Shown piece by piece: positions 31,101 to 40,968 of a stretch of DNA of 64,000 nt. Source of the DNA: a virus. Taxonomy: Duplodnaviria > Heunggongvirae > Uroviricota > Caudoviricetes. Under the pieces are notes generated by a model that had not been told where the DNA came from, ran no database searches, and saw only the letters and a list, made by a program, of their open reading frames with translations. The translations under genes were made by a program, and so were the position numbers. Each line of letters opens with the position of its first letter. The stretch's first letter is position 1. The stretch lies in IMG/VR virus record IMGVR_UViG_3300037418_003103, one strand, 5' to 3'.

Positions 31101-31644
31101 TCTCTATTTTATATAATTTTATTAAACTTGATAACCTGGGCTCGGCGCAGCCTGTTCCATAGATCCAATCTAAGCTATAGTGGTTTCTAATACCGTAACT
31201 ACCCAACTCATGGCCATTGTATTCAATATCGTATCCTTTTTCTGTATTTTTAATATAGGTCGCTGGAATAAATTGTTTATAAAAATCAAGGCATAAATCA
31301 ACAATTTTTCTAAGCTCATAATCATTAACTACATCTGTTTTGATCAGTTCATTCTTCATGAAATACTTGCTATGTTCGAAGTCAAAACTCTCAAATCTAA
31401 AACATGGCGTTATGCCTTGAAACTGTCCTAGAGGTAAGAACCCTTTTAAGTATTGATAGATAAATGATTGTTCACCACTAGCTACCAGACACTTATTATT
31501 ATGCTTAAGTTGGAATGATATGACATCTTTAGGCTTAGTGATTTTATCCGTGTACTCACTTACTGCCCAGGGAATTTCAACTCTGGCAAAACCATTATTT
31601 TCATAGTATTCGCTACTAAGGCCAAGAAGTTTATAATTAATCAT
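31084..31644 (-). CDS. Stand-alone class II aminoacyl-tRNA synthetase-like catalytic core
   Basis: LVASGEQSF, TPCFRFE (motif 2), YFMKNEL, ELGSYG, GTGCAEPR (motif 3); no anticodon-binding domain. Confidence 0.7.
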   Translation of the reverse strand: MINYKLLGLSSEYYENNGFARVEIPWAVSEYTDKITKPKDVISFQLKHNNKCLVASGEQSFIYQYLKGFLPLGQFQGITPCFRFESFDFEHSKYFMKNELIKTDVVNDYELRKIVDLCLDFYKQFIPATYIKNTEKGYDIEYNGHELGSYGIRNHYSLDWIYGTGCAEPRLSSLIKLYKIENGLPQ

Positions 31645-32282
31645 AGTATTCTTATTTATTTTCTATTATAAATTCTTGTAATAGATGAATAGGCGCGCCT
31701 AGCCCTGCTGTATCATGTCTCCTTTCTTTCATTAACTTAAGAGCAATTTCTAGCGGCTTGGTGTCTACTTGTCTTTTGAAAGGGAGCTGTATCACACTTG
31801 GTAACTTTTTGGTACTAGCAATAATATTAAAACCACTATGAACTGTATCATTAAGCGAGTGAACTTCAAAAACATCATATTCGTTAGTAACTAATTTCTC
31901 AATAAAGAATTGTCCAATCTTATCACTCATCTTATTTTCGGCTAAATAAAGATCTTCTTTAATTTTTTGTAAAAAAAAATCGTCTGGCATAATATGAAAG
32001 TTTTTTACAAATTTACTGAAAATTATTAATAAAACAATTTTTTTGCTTTATTTGTTGCATTAACATGTAATAAACATCAGTATCGCTAAACAACACATTA
32101 AGAAGATTAACATACTTGGTGGCCGTATCCAACTGATCTAATGTTTTGCATGAATCAATTACTAATTCAGCCTTAAGCCATGCTTCTAATAGATATAGAA
32201 ACCTAAGAGTAGTGCATTTTTTAACCTTATGTTTCATCTTAAGTGTTTTTATATTGGTCTCTAGCGTATTCTTTACTAATGC

Positions 32283-32852
32283 TTAATTATTTATATTATA
32301 ATGCTTTTCAGTCCCATCAGCCTTAGAATAAACAATTTCATCTGATTTAATATCAAGTTTAATATCCTCTTCATTCATAAGCTTAATATATTTATCTGCT
32401 TTGCCTTTCTTAACATATGCAACTGTCATGTGTGGATGATAGCTATGTTCATTGGTATGTGGTAATTCAGACAGTTTTTTATTAGCTGATTTCAATCCAT
32501 CACCATGCATATCAAATTTAAGAACGTCGCACTCAGGAGACTCAAATTTAGAAATATTACCAATTGATACGCCGAATGAAGAAAAAGTATCAATTACTAC
32601 TTCAACTTCTTTGTCAGGCACATCAGAATGAATGCCATAAAGTAATGTAATATGAGGCGTCTTTTCAAGAGCATATTTGTTCTCTTCTTTCCCATTCTCA
32701 CCCATGTACAAATCATCTCTATCTATAAGATCTAACACAGATTTCCATTCCTTTCTTGGGATTTCAACGTATAGCATCACACAGCCATATTCATAGGATA
32801 CTCCCTTTTCTTCTAATAATATTCTAAGTTTTCTTCTTAATTCTATATTCAT
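32283..32852 (-). CDS. 2H phosphoesterase, Acb1/T4 57B-like
   Basis: GCVML, PHITLLYG, DVLK, YHPHMTVAYVKKG; two HxT motifs. Confidence 0.8.
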   Translation of the reverse strand: MNIELRRKLRILLEEKGVSYEYGCVMLYVEIPRKEWKSVLDLIDRDDLYMGENGKEENKYALEKTPHITLLYGIHSDVPDKEVEVVIDTFSSFGVSIGNISKFESPECDVLKFDMHGDGLKSANKKLSELPHTNEHSYHPHMTVAYVKKGKADKYIKLMNEEDIKLDIKSDEIVYSKADGTEKHYNINN

Positions 32853-32865
32853 ATCAATAAATATA

Positions 32866-33738
32866 TTAAATAATCCATTTAGCAAGCATAGAGTCTTGCT
32901 GGAATATCAAGTCATTATCGGTCACATCTTGATTCAAAATAATATTCTTTAAATGCATAAAGTAACGGTTTCCTGGGACATTAATCATCTTTCTTTTTAT
33001 TACTTCGCCTGTATCAAATGACATAATATTTTTTACTCTAATTGTTTCATTAAATGATTTTATATTATTTATTGAAAATAATTTAATAGTATACTGAAAG
33101 GGTATTGCCAACGAGTTGAAATCGTTGTAATAACTCGATGGAATTTTATTGAACTCTAATATAATCTCATCAGCTTTTTTACCAACAATATGCGGGACTA
33201 AGTAAACTGGCATAGACTCCAATATTATTTGCATCATTTCTTTTTGGATAATACTTAGTCTTTTAGGATTGGTATTGCCAAACACCAATTGTCTATATGA
33301 CTTGGATTCAGCTAAAAAATCATCCAAATTAATCTCACTCTTAACAAAAACATTCCACTCAGGTAGGATTCCTGTTAGGCAAAATGCGTGTTTGAACGCC
33401 TGCCAATTAGCAGCCTTTAAATCAAGAGATACATAATAATTATTCTCTTTAAAATTATTAAAATTTAATTCTGAATAAGTATTTTTATATCTATTCATAT
33501 CAATACTATTCAAATCCATTCCAAGTATTTTAAATTTTTCAATGATAGCATCCATTGATTTCATTTTATATTTTCCTATGTCTTCAACTTCATCCTCTAA
33601 CGCCTTAAGTCTATTTACTGGTTCCATGGTACATATGCCTGCATTTATAAGAGTATTTATGTAATAAACGGCGCTCTCAAGATACGGAATTTTAAATTCT
33701 GGATAGGATTTAGTTAACTCTTTATAATTCATAACCAA
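32866..33738 (-). CDS. Hypothetical protein
   Basis: 290 aa; SLDLKAAN and ADEII motifs. Confidence 0.6.
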   Translation of the reverse strand: MVMNYKELTKSYPEFKIPYLESAVYYINTLINAGICTMEPVNRLKALEDEVEDIGKYKMKSMDAIIEKFKILGMDLNSIDMNRYKNTYSELNFNNFKENNYYVSLDLKAANWQAFKHAFCLTGILPEWNVFVKSEINLDDFLAESKSYRQLVFGNTNPKRLSIIQKEMMQIILESMPVYLVPHIVGKKADEIILEFNKIPSSYYNDFNSLAIPFQYTIKLFSINNIKSFNETIRVKNIMSFDTGEVIKRKMINVPGNRYFMHLKNIILNQDVTDNDLIFQQDSMLAKWII

Positions 33739-33799
33739 CTTTTTAAATACAAATATATTAAAAATTGCTTAAAAAACCAACTCTATTCAAAAATTTAAA

Positions 33800-33806
33800 T
33801 ATTTAT
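33800..33806 (+). promoter_or_regulatory. Putative phage late promoter box TATTTAT(A)
   Basis: Same box on the coding strand at 19075, 32857, 39879, 41373, 42892, 44199, 47274, 50189, 61052 and 63849. Confidence 0.6.
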
Positions 33807-33811
33807 GTAAG

Positions 33812-34567
33812 ATGAAACTAATCAAACTATATGAGTCTCTTTTGAATGAAGCCGCAGTAACTTCGTGCGTTGCTAAATTTGGCTATGAATTATTTGGACA
33901 AGAATTAGGTGGGAGAGAAAAGGATACTCCAACTGAGACAAATTATATTGATTTGATCAACAAATTCACAAGGGTCGAGTTCGGTAGGAAAATAAATCCT
34001 GGATTTGTAACGGCTATTGATAACCTTAAAAGATGCACTTCAGAATACCCAGATGTTCTTATACCAGAAAAAGAAAAAGTTTATAGAGGCATAATGATAC
34101 CGTTAAGGTATTTTATAAATACAAAATCTCAAATTCTTATAGATAAACCCATTAGCTATATATACAAAGCATCTAACATGGTTCAAAGCTGGTCTACCAG
34201 TAAAGAATCAGCAAGTTTGTTTGGCTTTGCTGATAGCATTTTTGAATTATACAATGAGTATATAGAAAACGGGTACAATAAATCCAAGTCAGCGACTTAT
34301 CAATTTTTTGAGGACATTAAAACTAAACACTCAGATATTAAAATTCCTTTTATACTCCAATACTCTACCAATAAATCAGAATTTCTATTTAAATCAAAAT
34401 TTCTGAGTATATTATCTTTTCAGGTGGCTGAGAACGAAGTCCTTAGGGTGGATAATAAGCCAATCGAAACGCTAGCCTATTTTAATTCAAATACAGAAGA
34501 CTTTGATTATTTACCATTAGAGGCAACTCAAATGCTCAGTGATTTCTCTAATTATATTACGATGTAG
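33812..34567 (+). CDS. Putative R-S-E clade ADP-ribosyltransferase
   Basis: VYRG, SWSTS and ENEVL in canonical order. Confidence 0.6.
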   Translation: MKLIKLYESLLNEAAVTSCVAKFGYELFGQELGGREKDTPTETNYIDLINKFTRVEFGRKINPGFVTAIDNLKRCTSEYPDVLIPEKEKVYRGIMIPLRYFINTKSQILIDKPISYIYKASNMVQSWSTSKESASLFGFADSIFELYNEYIENGYNKSKSATYQFFEDIKTKHSDIKIPFILQYSTNKSEFLFKSKFLSILSFQVAENEVLRVDNKPIETLAYFNSNTEDFDYLPLEATQMLSDFSNYITM

Positions 34568-34615
34568 ACTTTACTTATTTAGTTTTTTTCATATTTTAAT
34601 TCAAAGAATTAAAAT

Positions 34616-35038
34616 ATGAAAAAAGTATTTTTAGGTGGTACAACCAATAATTCAAATTGGAGAGACGAATTAATAGATAAACTTAGAATTGAGTTCTTCA
34701 ATCCAGTTGTTAAGGACTGGAATGAAAAAGCACAAAGAGAAGAAATTAAACAAAGAGAAGAATGTGATTTTGTTCTTTATGTAATTACTCCTAAGATGGA
34801 AGGAGTATACAGCATTGCAGAAACCATAGAAGACGCTATTAAACGGCCTAAAAAAACAATATTTGCTTATTTATTAGAAGATGATAAAAAGGAATTTTCC
34901 AAGCATCAGGTTAAATCACTTGATATGGTCGGCTCTATGGTTAAGGAAAACGGTGCAAAATGGTTTAAATCATTAGACGAGATCGCTGATTACCTTAATT
35001 TCCAGGGCTTAAATACTTATAAAACTTCCAAGGATTAA
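34616..35038 (+). CDS. Nucleoside 2-deoxyribosyltransferase-like protein
   Basis: VFLGGT..SNWR, FFNPVV.DW, YVITP.M.GVYSIAE. Confidence 0.8.
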   Translation: MKKVFLGGTTNNSNWRDELIDKLRIEFFNPVVKDWNEKAQREEIKQREECDFVLYVITPKMEGVYSIAETIEDAIKRPKKTIFAYLLEDDKKEFSKHQVKSLDMVGSMVKENGAKWFKSLDEIADYLNFQGLNTYKTSKD

Positions 35039-35556
35039 TATAGATCTTCCGAAAATAATTCCTTACTGGAATAGTTTAACTTGCCTCCGTTGGCTACAAA
35101 TATCATGGCAGCTTCCGTTCTGTCGACGAATCTGTTTTTATTGGTTAGGAAGCCCTGCACGTATTCTCCCGCTTCCGTAGTAACGCTTCTCTTGCCAGTC
35201 AGGGCAATGAACTGATGGATGGCATCACCATGCCTGTAACCGCATAACACGACGCCTCTATCCACGTTTTTCACCTGTATCTTTGCTGATGGTTGATCCT
35301 TGTACCAGACAGCGCTACAGATTATCCTCTCAATAGTTGTTGGCTCTTTATCTGAGTCTGATTTATTTTTCTCTATAATATTATTATTCTTTACAAGAAG
35401 ACTTAACGCTTTGGTTTCTACTATAAGTTCATTTACCTTACTGAGTTCATCCTTTTTAAGGAGTCTTGATCTGCTCAATCTATGAAAGCAGCCTAACCTT
35501 GAATTTATTGATGCGTAAAGGCTTCTTCTGTAATCGTAATATGTTTTTTTAATCAC
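35035..35556 (-). CDS. Conserved-type phage hypothetical protein
   Basis: CGYRH, QGFLTNKNRFVDR.EA, LFSEDLY. Confidence 0.65.
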   Translation of the reverse strand: MIKKTYYDYRRSLYASINSRLGCFHRLSRSRLLKKDELSKVNELIVETKALSLLVKNNNIIEKNKSDSDKEPTTIERIICSAVWYKDQPSAKIQVKNVDRGVVLCGYRHGDAIHQFIALTGKRSVTTEAGEYVQGFLTNKNRFVDRTEAAMIFVANGGKLNYSSKELFSEDLY

Positions 35557-35602
35557 AATGTTTTAATTATAACAACAAAAATAAGATTAATTAATTAAAA
35601 AC

Positions 35603-35631
35603 AAAAAAAAATCCCCGTTTTTGGGGATTTT
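35603..35631 (-). terminator. Intrinsic terminator
   Basis: AAAATCCCC/GGGGATTTT hairpin plus T-run. Confidence 0.7.
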
Positions 35632-35652
35632 AATTCTAAAATTAAATAAATA

Positions 35653-36732
35653 CTATACCAGTTCTTTGCTCTTAGCTTTACTGCGAGATTTTAATTTTCT
35701 GGTTTTTGGCTGAGGTTCTTTGTTTTTTTCCGATTCTTGTTTAATATCTTCTTTTGAAGAAGACAATTCAGTCCTGGCCCTCAATTTAATTTCAGGTTTT
35801 GCTTTGGACTGCGATTTTTGTTCAGTCTTCTTTTTACTATCAGATTCTACTTCCTGAGTTTTAACTTCATCCGTTTCAATAGCCGTCTCAGATTCATTAG
35901 AATCGTCAAGCATATATTCGTTATTCTTACTCTGTTTATCTAATTTAAGTTTTTGCTTACGCACACCATAATTATATAATTTAAGCAATTCTTCAATTTG
36001 AAGTTGCTGACGCGGCTGCCTGTGAACTATCCCGCTCGCTTCTTTCAATTTGTTTAACATTTTTTCAGGAGAATAGCCATTAAGGCTCGCTACTCTGATA
36101 TATGCCTTAAAGAAAATGGTTGTATCAGCAAAATCGTAAAACTCTCTAAATACCTGAAAATTGCTAAGCAACTCATTAATCTTCTCATCACTCATTTTGA
36201 ACTTAAATTTACCTGCTTTGGTTAAATCGGTAACCGTCTGATTTTTATCTACACTTCCTTTGCCTAGAGCTAAGAGATTTGTTGTATGAAGGCCATATTT
36301 TTCGCTGTACTCAACCAATTTAACATATGATTCCACACCTCTTTTATAGTAGTGAATAATATAATCAAGTGTTGACCAATTCTTAGATGCTTGGTTGATA
36401 TCAGCAGCATCGTTGATCATAACCTCATTTGAAATTATGAAGTAAATTGGTAATCCAAGTTCCATGCAAACAAGAAATCTGTGCTGACCATCAATAATCA
36501 CCAGCCTGTTATCTACAAGTATTGGATTGTACTGTGTTAAATCATTTTTTTTAATACTTTCACTTAACTTCTTAGAAAGTGAAGGAACACGATTGAATTC
36601 CGAAAGAGTAAATCTATCATAATCCTCACTCACGTATATCTTTGTTTTTGATACAGTAAGTGTTTTAGGATCAACAATCGTTAATTCGTGGTTTTGATTA
36701 GCCACTTCATTTTTTTCAATTACATTTTCCAT
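35653..36732 (-). CDS. ParB/Srx N-terminal domain protein with charged tail
   Basis: NPILV..IIDGQHRF; low-complexity K/E/S C-terminus. Confidence 0.75.
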   Translation of the reverse strand: MENVIEKNEVANQNHELTIVDPKTLTVSKTKIYVSEDYDRFTLSEFNRVPSLSKKLSESIKKNDLTQYNPILVDNRLVIIDGQHRFLVCMELGLPIYFIISNEVMINDAADINQASKNWSTLDYIIHYYKRGVESYVKLVEYSEKYGLHTTNLLALGKGSVDKNQTVTDLTKAGKFKFKMSDEKINELLSNFQVFREFYDFADTTIFFKAYIRVASLNGYSPEKMLNKLKEASGIVHRQPRQQLQIEELLKLYNYGVRKQKLKLDKQSKNNEYMLDDSNESETAIETDEVKTQEVESDSKKKTEQKSQSKAKPEIKLRARTELSSSKEDIKQESEKNKEPQPKTRKLKSRSKAKSKELV

Positions 36733-36781
36733 TTTTTAAATTTTATGTTATTAAATTGTTTGGAAAACGTATTATCAAACG

Positions 36782-37846
36782 CTATGCCAAATTTAAACTT
36801 TCTTTTTCTTCTCTTAAAAAATACTCAAGAGCAACGGCTGAAATTTTCTTATTTAACTCCTTTAATTCAAAGCCAGAATCCTTTATGGTTTCGAGTTCTT
36901 CTTTAATAATATCGTTTATTACCAGTTTAATATATTCACCAATATGACGTCTATGAATAGCTCCTCCATTTAGAAGATGACAGGCTTTTGTAAGCATTTG
37001 GTCAAGTCTCCATGTGGGGGTTATTTTGTCAACTACTTCACTAATTTTATTATTTCTATCAATGTCAATAGGAGAGGCAACAGGCTTATCTTTTGGCTTG
37101 CCTGCATGTTTATCTCCCTTAGCTTTAAAACGGTAAATTTGGCCGTTTAAATGGCCAATACCAACAATTCCTTCGCCTATACCAGAAAATCCAAATGCCT
37201 TTCCTACTGGACATTCAGTTTCAACTTCTTTAACTATCTGATCAATAAGCTGTTGGGAACTTGCTGGGTCATTAAAGTCTATGTCCAGAGTATAGGTTTT
37301 ATAATCATTTATATTATATATCCTGTTACCAGGTGCCCTTAGGTTTGAGGAATCAACCCAATAAGCAACAGAATCAACCCCGTCCTTTGGATGTGGAGTG
37401 ATCTTTACTCCTATTATAAACATAGATTTATCTAAGTTGTTAATTGCCACGCCCTTTTGGATTCCTTTTCCCACCCACTCAGCGTATATTGTTATTGTAT
37501 TAGTTGATAAGTCCAAAGAATTCCTGCTTTTAATTTGATTAAATAACACTTCTAAAGCCGATTTATTTCTTTCGCAAAAAAGAGCCGATCCAGCGTTGTC
37601 ATTACCAATACTGATTATGCTTTCTTTTGATTGAACCCACATGCCTACCAGGTCGTTCATACAGACGCCTAAATTAGTTCCATGTAATTTTACAGTAAAA
37701 TCGAACCTGATAGTAGGTTTAGGGAGTGATTCATCATATGTTGGATCTCCATTTTCATCTAAACCTGTAAATTCTGAATATCTTTTTACAGCATATACGG
37801 TATTAATATACTGTCCGATATCTGGGAAGCTAATTTGTTTTTTCAT
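36782..37846 (-). CDS. Rnl2-family RNA ligase
   Basis: TVKLHGTN, YAEWVG.GIQKGV, GEGIV, FKAKG. Confidence 0.85.
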   Translation of the reverse strand: MKKQISFPDIGQYINTVYAVKRYSEFTGLDENGDPTYDESLPKPTIRFDFTVKLHGTNLGVCMNDLVGMWVQSKESIISIGNDNAGSALFCERNKSALEVLFNQIKSRNSLDLSTNTITIYAEWVGKGIQKGVAINNLDKSMFIIGVKITPHPKDGVDSVAYWVDSSNLRAPGNRIYNINDYKTYTLDIDFNDPASSQQLIDQIVKEVETECPVGKAFGFSGIGEGIVGIGHLNGQIYRFKAKGDKHAGKPKDKPVASPIDIDRNNKISEVVDKITPTWRLDQMLTKACHLLNGGAIHRRHIGEYIKLVINDIIKEELETIKDSGFELKELNKKISAVALEYFLREEKESLNLA

Positions 37847-37899
37847 ATTTTAATTTTAAAATATGAAAAAACAAATATAAGTAAAGTCTAAAGCTTGCT

Positions 37900-38523
37900 T
37901 TATTTTACGTTTCGAAAAGAAGTCTTCAGATCAAAACCAGCTGAAAGTATTTTCTCTTTATTGGTTTGATTATTAGGAATATCCTTTGTTCTGGACAGCC
38001 AATTTGATAACTGAATCCATAAGTCTTCTGCTGGCAAGACCCTTTGAAAGCCGTAATCAGCGAGTATCGGAAATTTAGAAAACTCCTGATGGTGTTCGAA
38101 ATAATGGTAGTCGCGGTGTTTGTAAGTTAGGCCTAACTCGCCACCTAAAACGTTGATCAATATAGGATAATTCAACTTATCGTTAACCACTGAGTTAACT
38201 CTTTTTTTTAAGACCTGTGTTAAGGATTGATTCGAAAGTTTAAGGTCAACAGTATAATAATCCTTCTCGTCACCGCCTCTGATCCAGTATCTTCTTTTTT
38301 TGCTCTTAAGAGCAATTTTTTCAATATCAGACTCCCAATAATACTGACCATTCAGACATACTCCTTCATATTCATATCCGCAAATATAAATATTAACCAG
38401 ACCATTTGGCGGGAATTTAGGTGTCCTATAGAACTCAGTCCTATCAAGGATTAACTTTTCATCAATTCCATATATTCCCTGCAGATAATCGTAATAATCC
38501 TTAAATTTGCTAATTATTTTCAT
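37900..38523 (-). CDS. Conserved-type phage hypothetical protein
   Basis: MKIISKFKDYYD...GFDLKTSFR. Confidence 0.65.
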   Translation of the reverse strand: MKIISKFKDYYDYLQGIYGIDEKLILDRTEFYRTPKFPPNGLVNIYICGYEYEGVCLNGQYYWESDIEKIALKSKKRRYWIRGGDEKDYYTVDLKLSNQSLTQVLKKRVNSVVNDKLNYPILINVLGGELGLTYKHRDYHYFEHHQEFSKFPILADYGFQRVLPAEDLWIQLSNWLSRTKDIPNNQTNKEKILSAGFDLKTSFRNVK

Positions 38524-39071
38524 GTTAACTGGGTAGTTTTCTCTACACGATTTGAATCAAGTATCTCTGATGCTTTTATCATTAATTCATCAAGATACTG
38601 CCACATTTCCGTTTCTGGACCAATGTGCCTGAGTGCTGTTGTAAAATCTATATGTTCTTTAACATACATTCTAAGCTTATCAATATTTTTCATCCTGGTC
38701 GCATGAGATATATTTGCAATTCTATCAGCAAGCTTGATAACCAATGCTTTAGGATATAAATTTATTTTCTGATATACCCTTTCTTTCTTCTCTTTTCTTG
38801 TTCTAGCATCGCTTGGGTCAGTAACAGCTAGAACCATTTCAGCTACGTTAAGGCCAAATAAATTTTTTATTTTACTGTAAGTTAATGCGGCATCCTCGAT
38901 GCTATCATGCAGTGCACCCGCAGAAATATAGTCACCAGCATACCCAAATTGTTGAATAACGTCCACAACATCCTGCAGATGTTTCTCGTATGGAAATATA
39001 TCGTACATTTGGTTCTTGTGTGCTGAAAAAGCAACCATTTTAGCCTCTTCGTTTGCCTTTGAATAAAACAT
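38520..39071 (-). CDS. HD-domain RelA/SpoT-type small alarmone hydrolase
   Basis: AH..Q, PY..H, LHDSIED, VTD, IKLADRIAN. Confidence 0.85.
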   Translation of the reverse strand: MFYSKANEEAKMVAFSAHKNQMYDIFPYEKHLQDVVDVIQQFGYAGDYISAGALHDSIEDAALTYSKIKNLFGLNVAEMVLAVTDPSDARTRKEKKERVYQKINLYPKALVIKLADRIANISHATRMKNIDKLRMYVKEHIDFTTALRHIGPETEMWQYLDELMIKASEILDSNRVEKTTQLT

Positions 39072-39139
39072 AAAAAGTATTTATTGCAAAATTACAAAAA
39101 ATATAATTAAAAACCAATTTTAAATTAAAATTATTGCTT

Positions 39140-39862
39140 TTATAAATTAACATACTCTGTTCCAGGTATAAAGTCCTTGGCATTATGCTTCTTTAAAAGA
39201 TCTCTCCAACCGTAGCCAAATGTTTTTTGGAAATGTGGAAGATCTAAAAAAGTTTTCCAACTGCCCCCCCATTCCCATCCATATTTTTTGAATAATGATA
39301 CAACTTCCATCCAGTCAGAAATGCCGTCGTTATCCCAATCCTTCCTTGAATCCCAGCTTGCTTCTCTTCCATCAATAACAAAGGCAAAATCGATAGCGAC
39401 GCCAAAATTATGAAGGCTCTGGCCCTGCTGAGCATTGGTAACTACATTTCCCATGGGTTTACGTGAACTACGTCCATCAGGATTAACTACGCTTCTACCC
39501 AAGTTGTATAGATCTTGTTGTTCTTTAAATGTTCTTAGTGTAAAAGTGTATCGACAAGCCGCTCTACCAGTTAGTGCTTTGGTTGTTTCATAAAGGATTT
39601 GTGTGGCTTCCGCCCGTAACTTGGGGTGAAGTAGCTTTATTCTTTGAAGAGAAATATTATCTAGTTCTACCTTTGGAGCTTCTATCTGAACCTCAAATAA
39701 CGCATTGATTGTATTTTGGCCGATAATACCATCTACTGTGAGATGCTTATCTGCTTGAAACTTTTTAATGGCATTACTTGTATTGGTTCCAGGAATTCCG
39801 TCAACAATCAGTGGTCCGTATCCCTTTTTATTTAATTGTGCCTGTACTAATTTTAAATCCAT
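39140..39862 (-). CDS. Endolysin: PG-binding domain plus M15 (L-Ala-D-Glu-type) peptidase
   Basis: VDGI.G repeats; RT..EQ..LY, SLHNFGVAID, WGG.W, DLPHFQ. Confidence 0.92.
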   Translation of the reverse strand: MDLKLVQAQLNKKGYGPLIVDGIPGTNTSNAIKKFQADKHLTVDGIIGQNTINALFEVQIEAPKVELDNISLQRIKLLHPKLRAEATQILYETTKALTGRAACRYTFTLRTFKEQQDLYNLGRSVVNPDGRSSRKPMGNVVTNAQQGQSLHNFGVAIDFAFVIDGREASWDSRKDWDNDGISDWMEVVSLFKKYGWEWGGSWKTFLDLPHFQKTFGYGWRDLLKKHNAKDFIPGTEYVNL

Positions 39863-39907
39863 AATTATTTATTTAATAATAAATATTTATAGATTAGAAA
39901 ATCAACC

Positions 39908-40288
39908 TTATTCCTGAGTATTATCACTCGGATCTGGCTGAGGATTCTCCATTTGTCCATAGTTTACCTCACTCTGAGTAATATCTGGTATGCTTGCTTT
40001 AGATTTAGCTCTTTCAATCATTACCTGACCCATGTTATCAATAGAAATAAATCCTAGTCCAGATAAGATAATATAGAAATCGTATTCCAGTACTCCTTTT
40101 AATAATTCCATTAAATCAGGTTCAACTCGCCCCTTTGGAAGATAGAAAATAACATAGAATGCGAAAAATAGAATTGCAAAAGAAGCTATTATAAAGTGTA
40201 ATGAGATAATAAGTGTGACTAACCGTTTACTACTAAAAGTATCAGTTGAAGAAAGAATTCTACCCCAAAAAATTTTAATTGATCTCAT
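39908..40288 (-). CDS. Putative holin / membrane protein
   Basis: SSKR followed by two TM segments, directly upstream of the endolysin. Confidence 0.5.
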   Translation of the reverse strand: MRSIKIFWGRILSSTDTFSSKRLVTLIISLHFIIASFAILFFAFYVIFYLPKGRVEPDLMELLKGVLEYDFYIILSGLGFISIDNMGQVMIERAKSKASIPDITQSEVNYGQMENPQPDPSDNTQE

Positions 40289-40299
40289 ACAAAATAATT

Positions 40300-40968
40300 T
40301 TAACTATAATAATCTTTCCATGTTGACTGAGTTAATCCATAGTCTACTACGACGATAACATCTTCTCCGTCTCTATTTACCAGGCCATAAGAACTAATAT
40401 GACCAAAGTCTCCAACACCACAATCAGCATCAAGAGAATAACTTAATAAGTGCTCAGCAAATTGGCTCTCGTTAAGTATTTCTAAAACGCTATCATCTAT
40501 TCTAAAAATATTTTTTCTTCCGTTATTTTGTTCGACCCTATTTCTTAAAAACATCCCCAGTTCGTCAACACTAAAGTTCAATAGCTTCTTAAAATCACTT
40601 GGTTTTACTCGTCGAGCTAGTTCCATTTCCAACCAATAATCCTTTTGATGATAGTTGAATATTCTTGCTAGTATTGGCTGATAGTATCCATCGTCCTTCC
40701 ATGCTGCCTCATTAGCATTCTGTTGAACTCCTTTCTCATTCCAGGCAAGCTTAAGAACCTTTTCATCATCAATCTTATAAACAATTCTTCCTGAGCCTGA
40801 ACTGATCCTGATTAGATTCTCAGTGCAATACTTCTTTCTATCCGCAAAAGAGTGAAGCGTTTTAAATTTCTCTACGTCCCATGAAGTGGGATACTCTTCA
40901 TCAATTACAGTCTCTATAAGAGTCTTGTTTAATTCTTCGTTTAGTCTCTTTTGTAAAAATTTCTTCAT
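40300..40968 (-). CDS. Protein-kinase-like fold protein
   Basis: SSGSGRIVY, VLKLA, N.NE, GDF..SSYG, VVDYG. Confidence 0.65.
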   Translation of the reverse strand: MKKFLQKRLNEELNKTLIETVIDEEYPTSWDVEKFKTLHSFADRKKYCTENLIRISSGSGRIVYKIDDEKVLKLAWNEKGVQQNANEAAWKDDGYYQPILARIFNYHQKDYWLEMELARRVKPSDFKKLLNFSVDELGMFLRNRVEQNNGRKNIFRIDDSVLEILNESQFAEHLLSYSLDADCGVGDFGHISSYGLVNRDGEDVIVVVDYGLTQSTWKDYYS

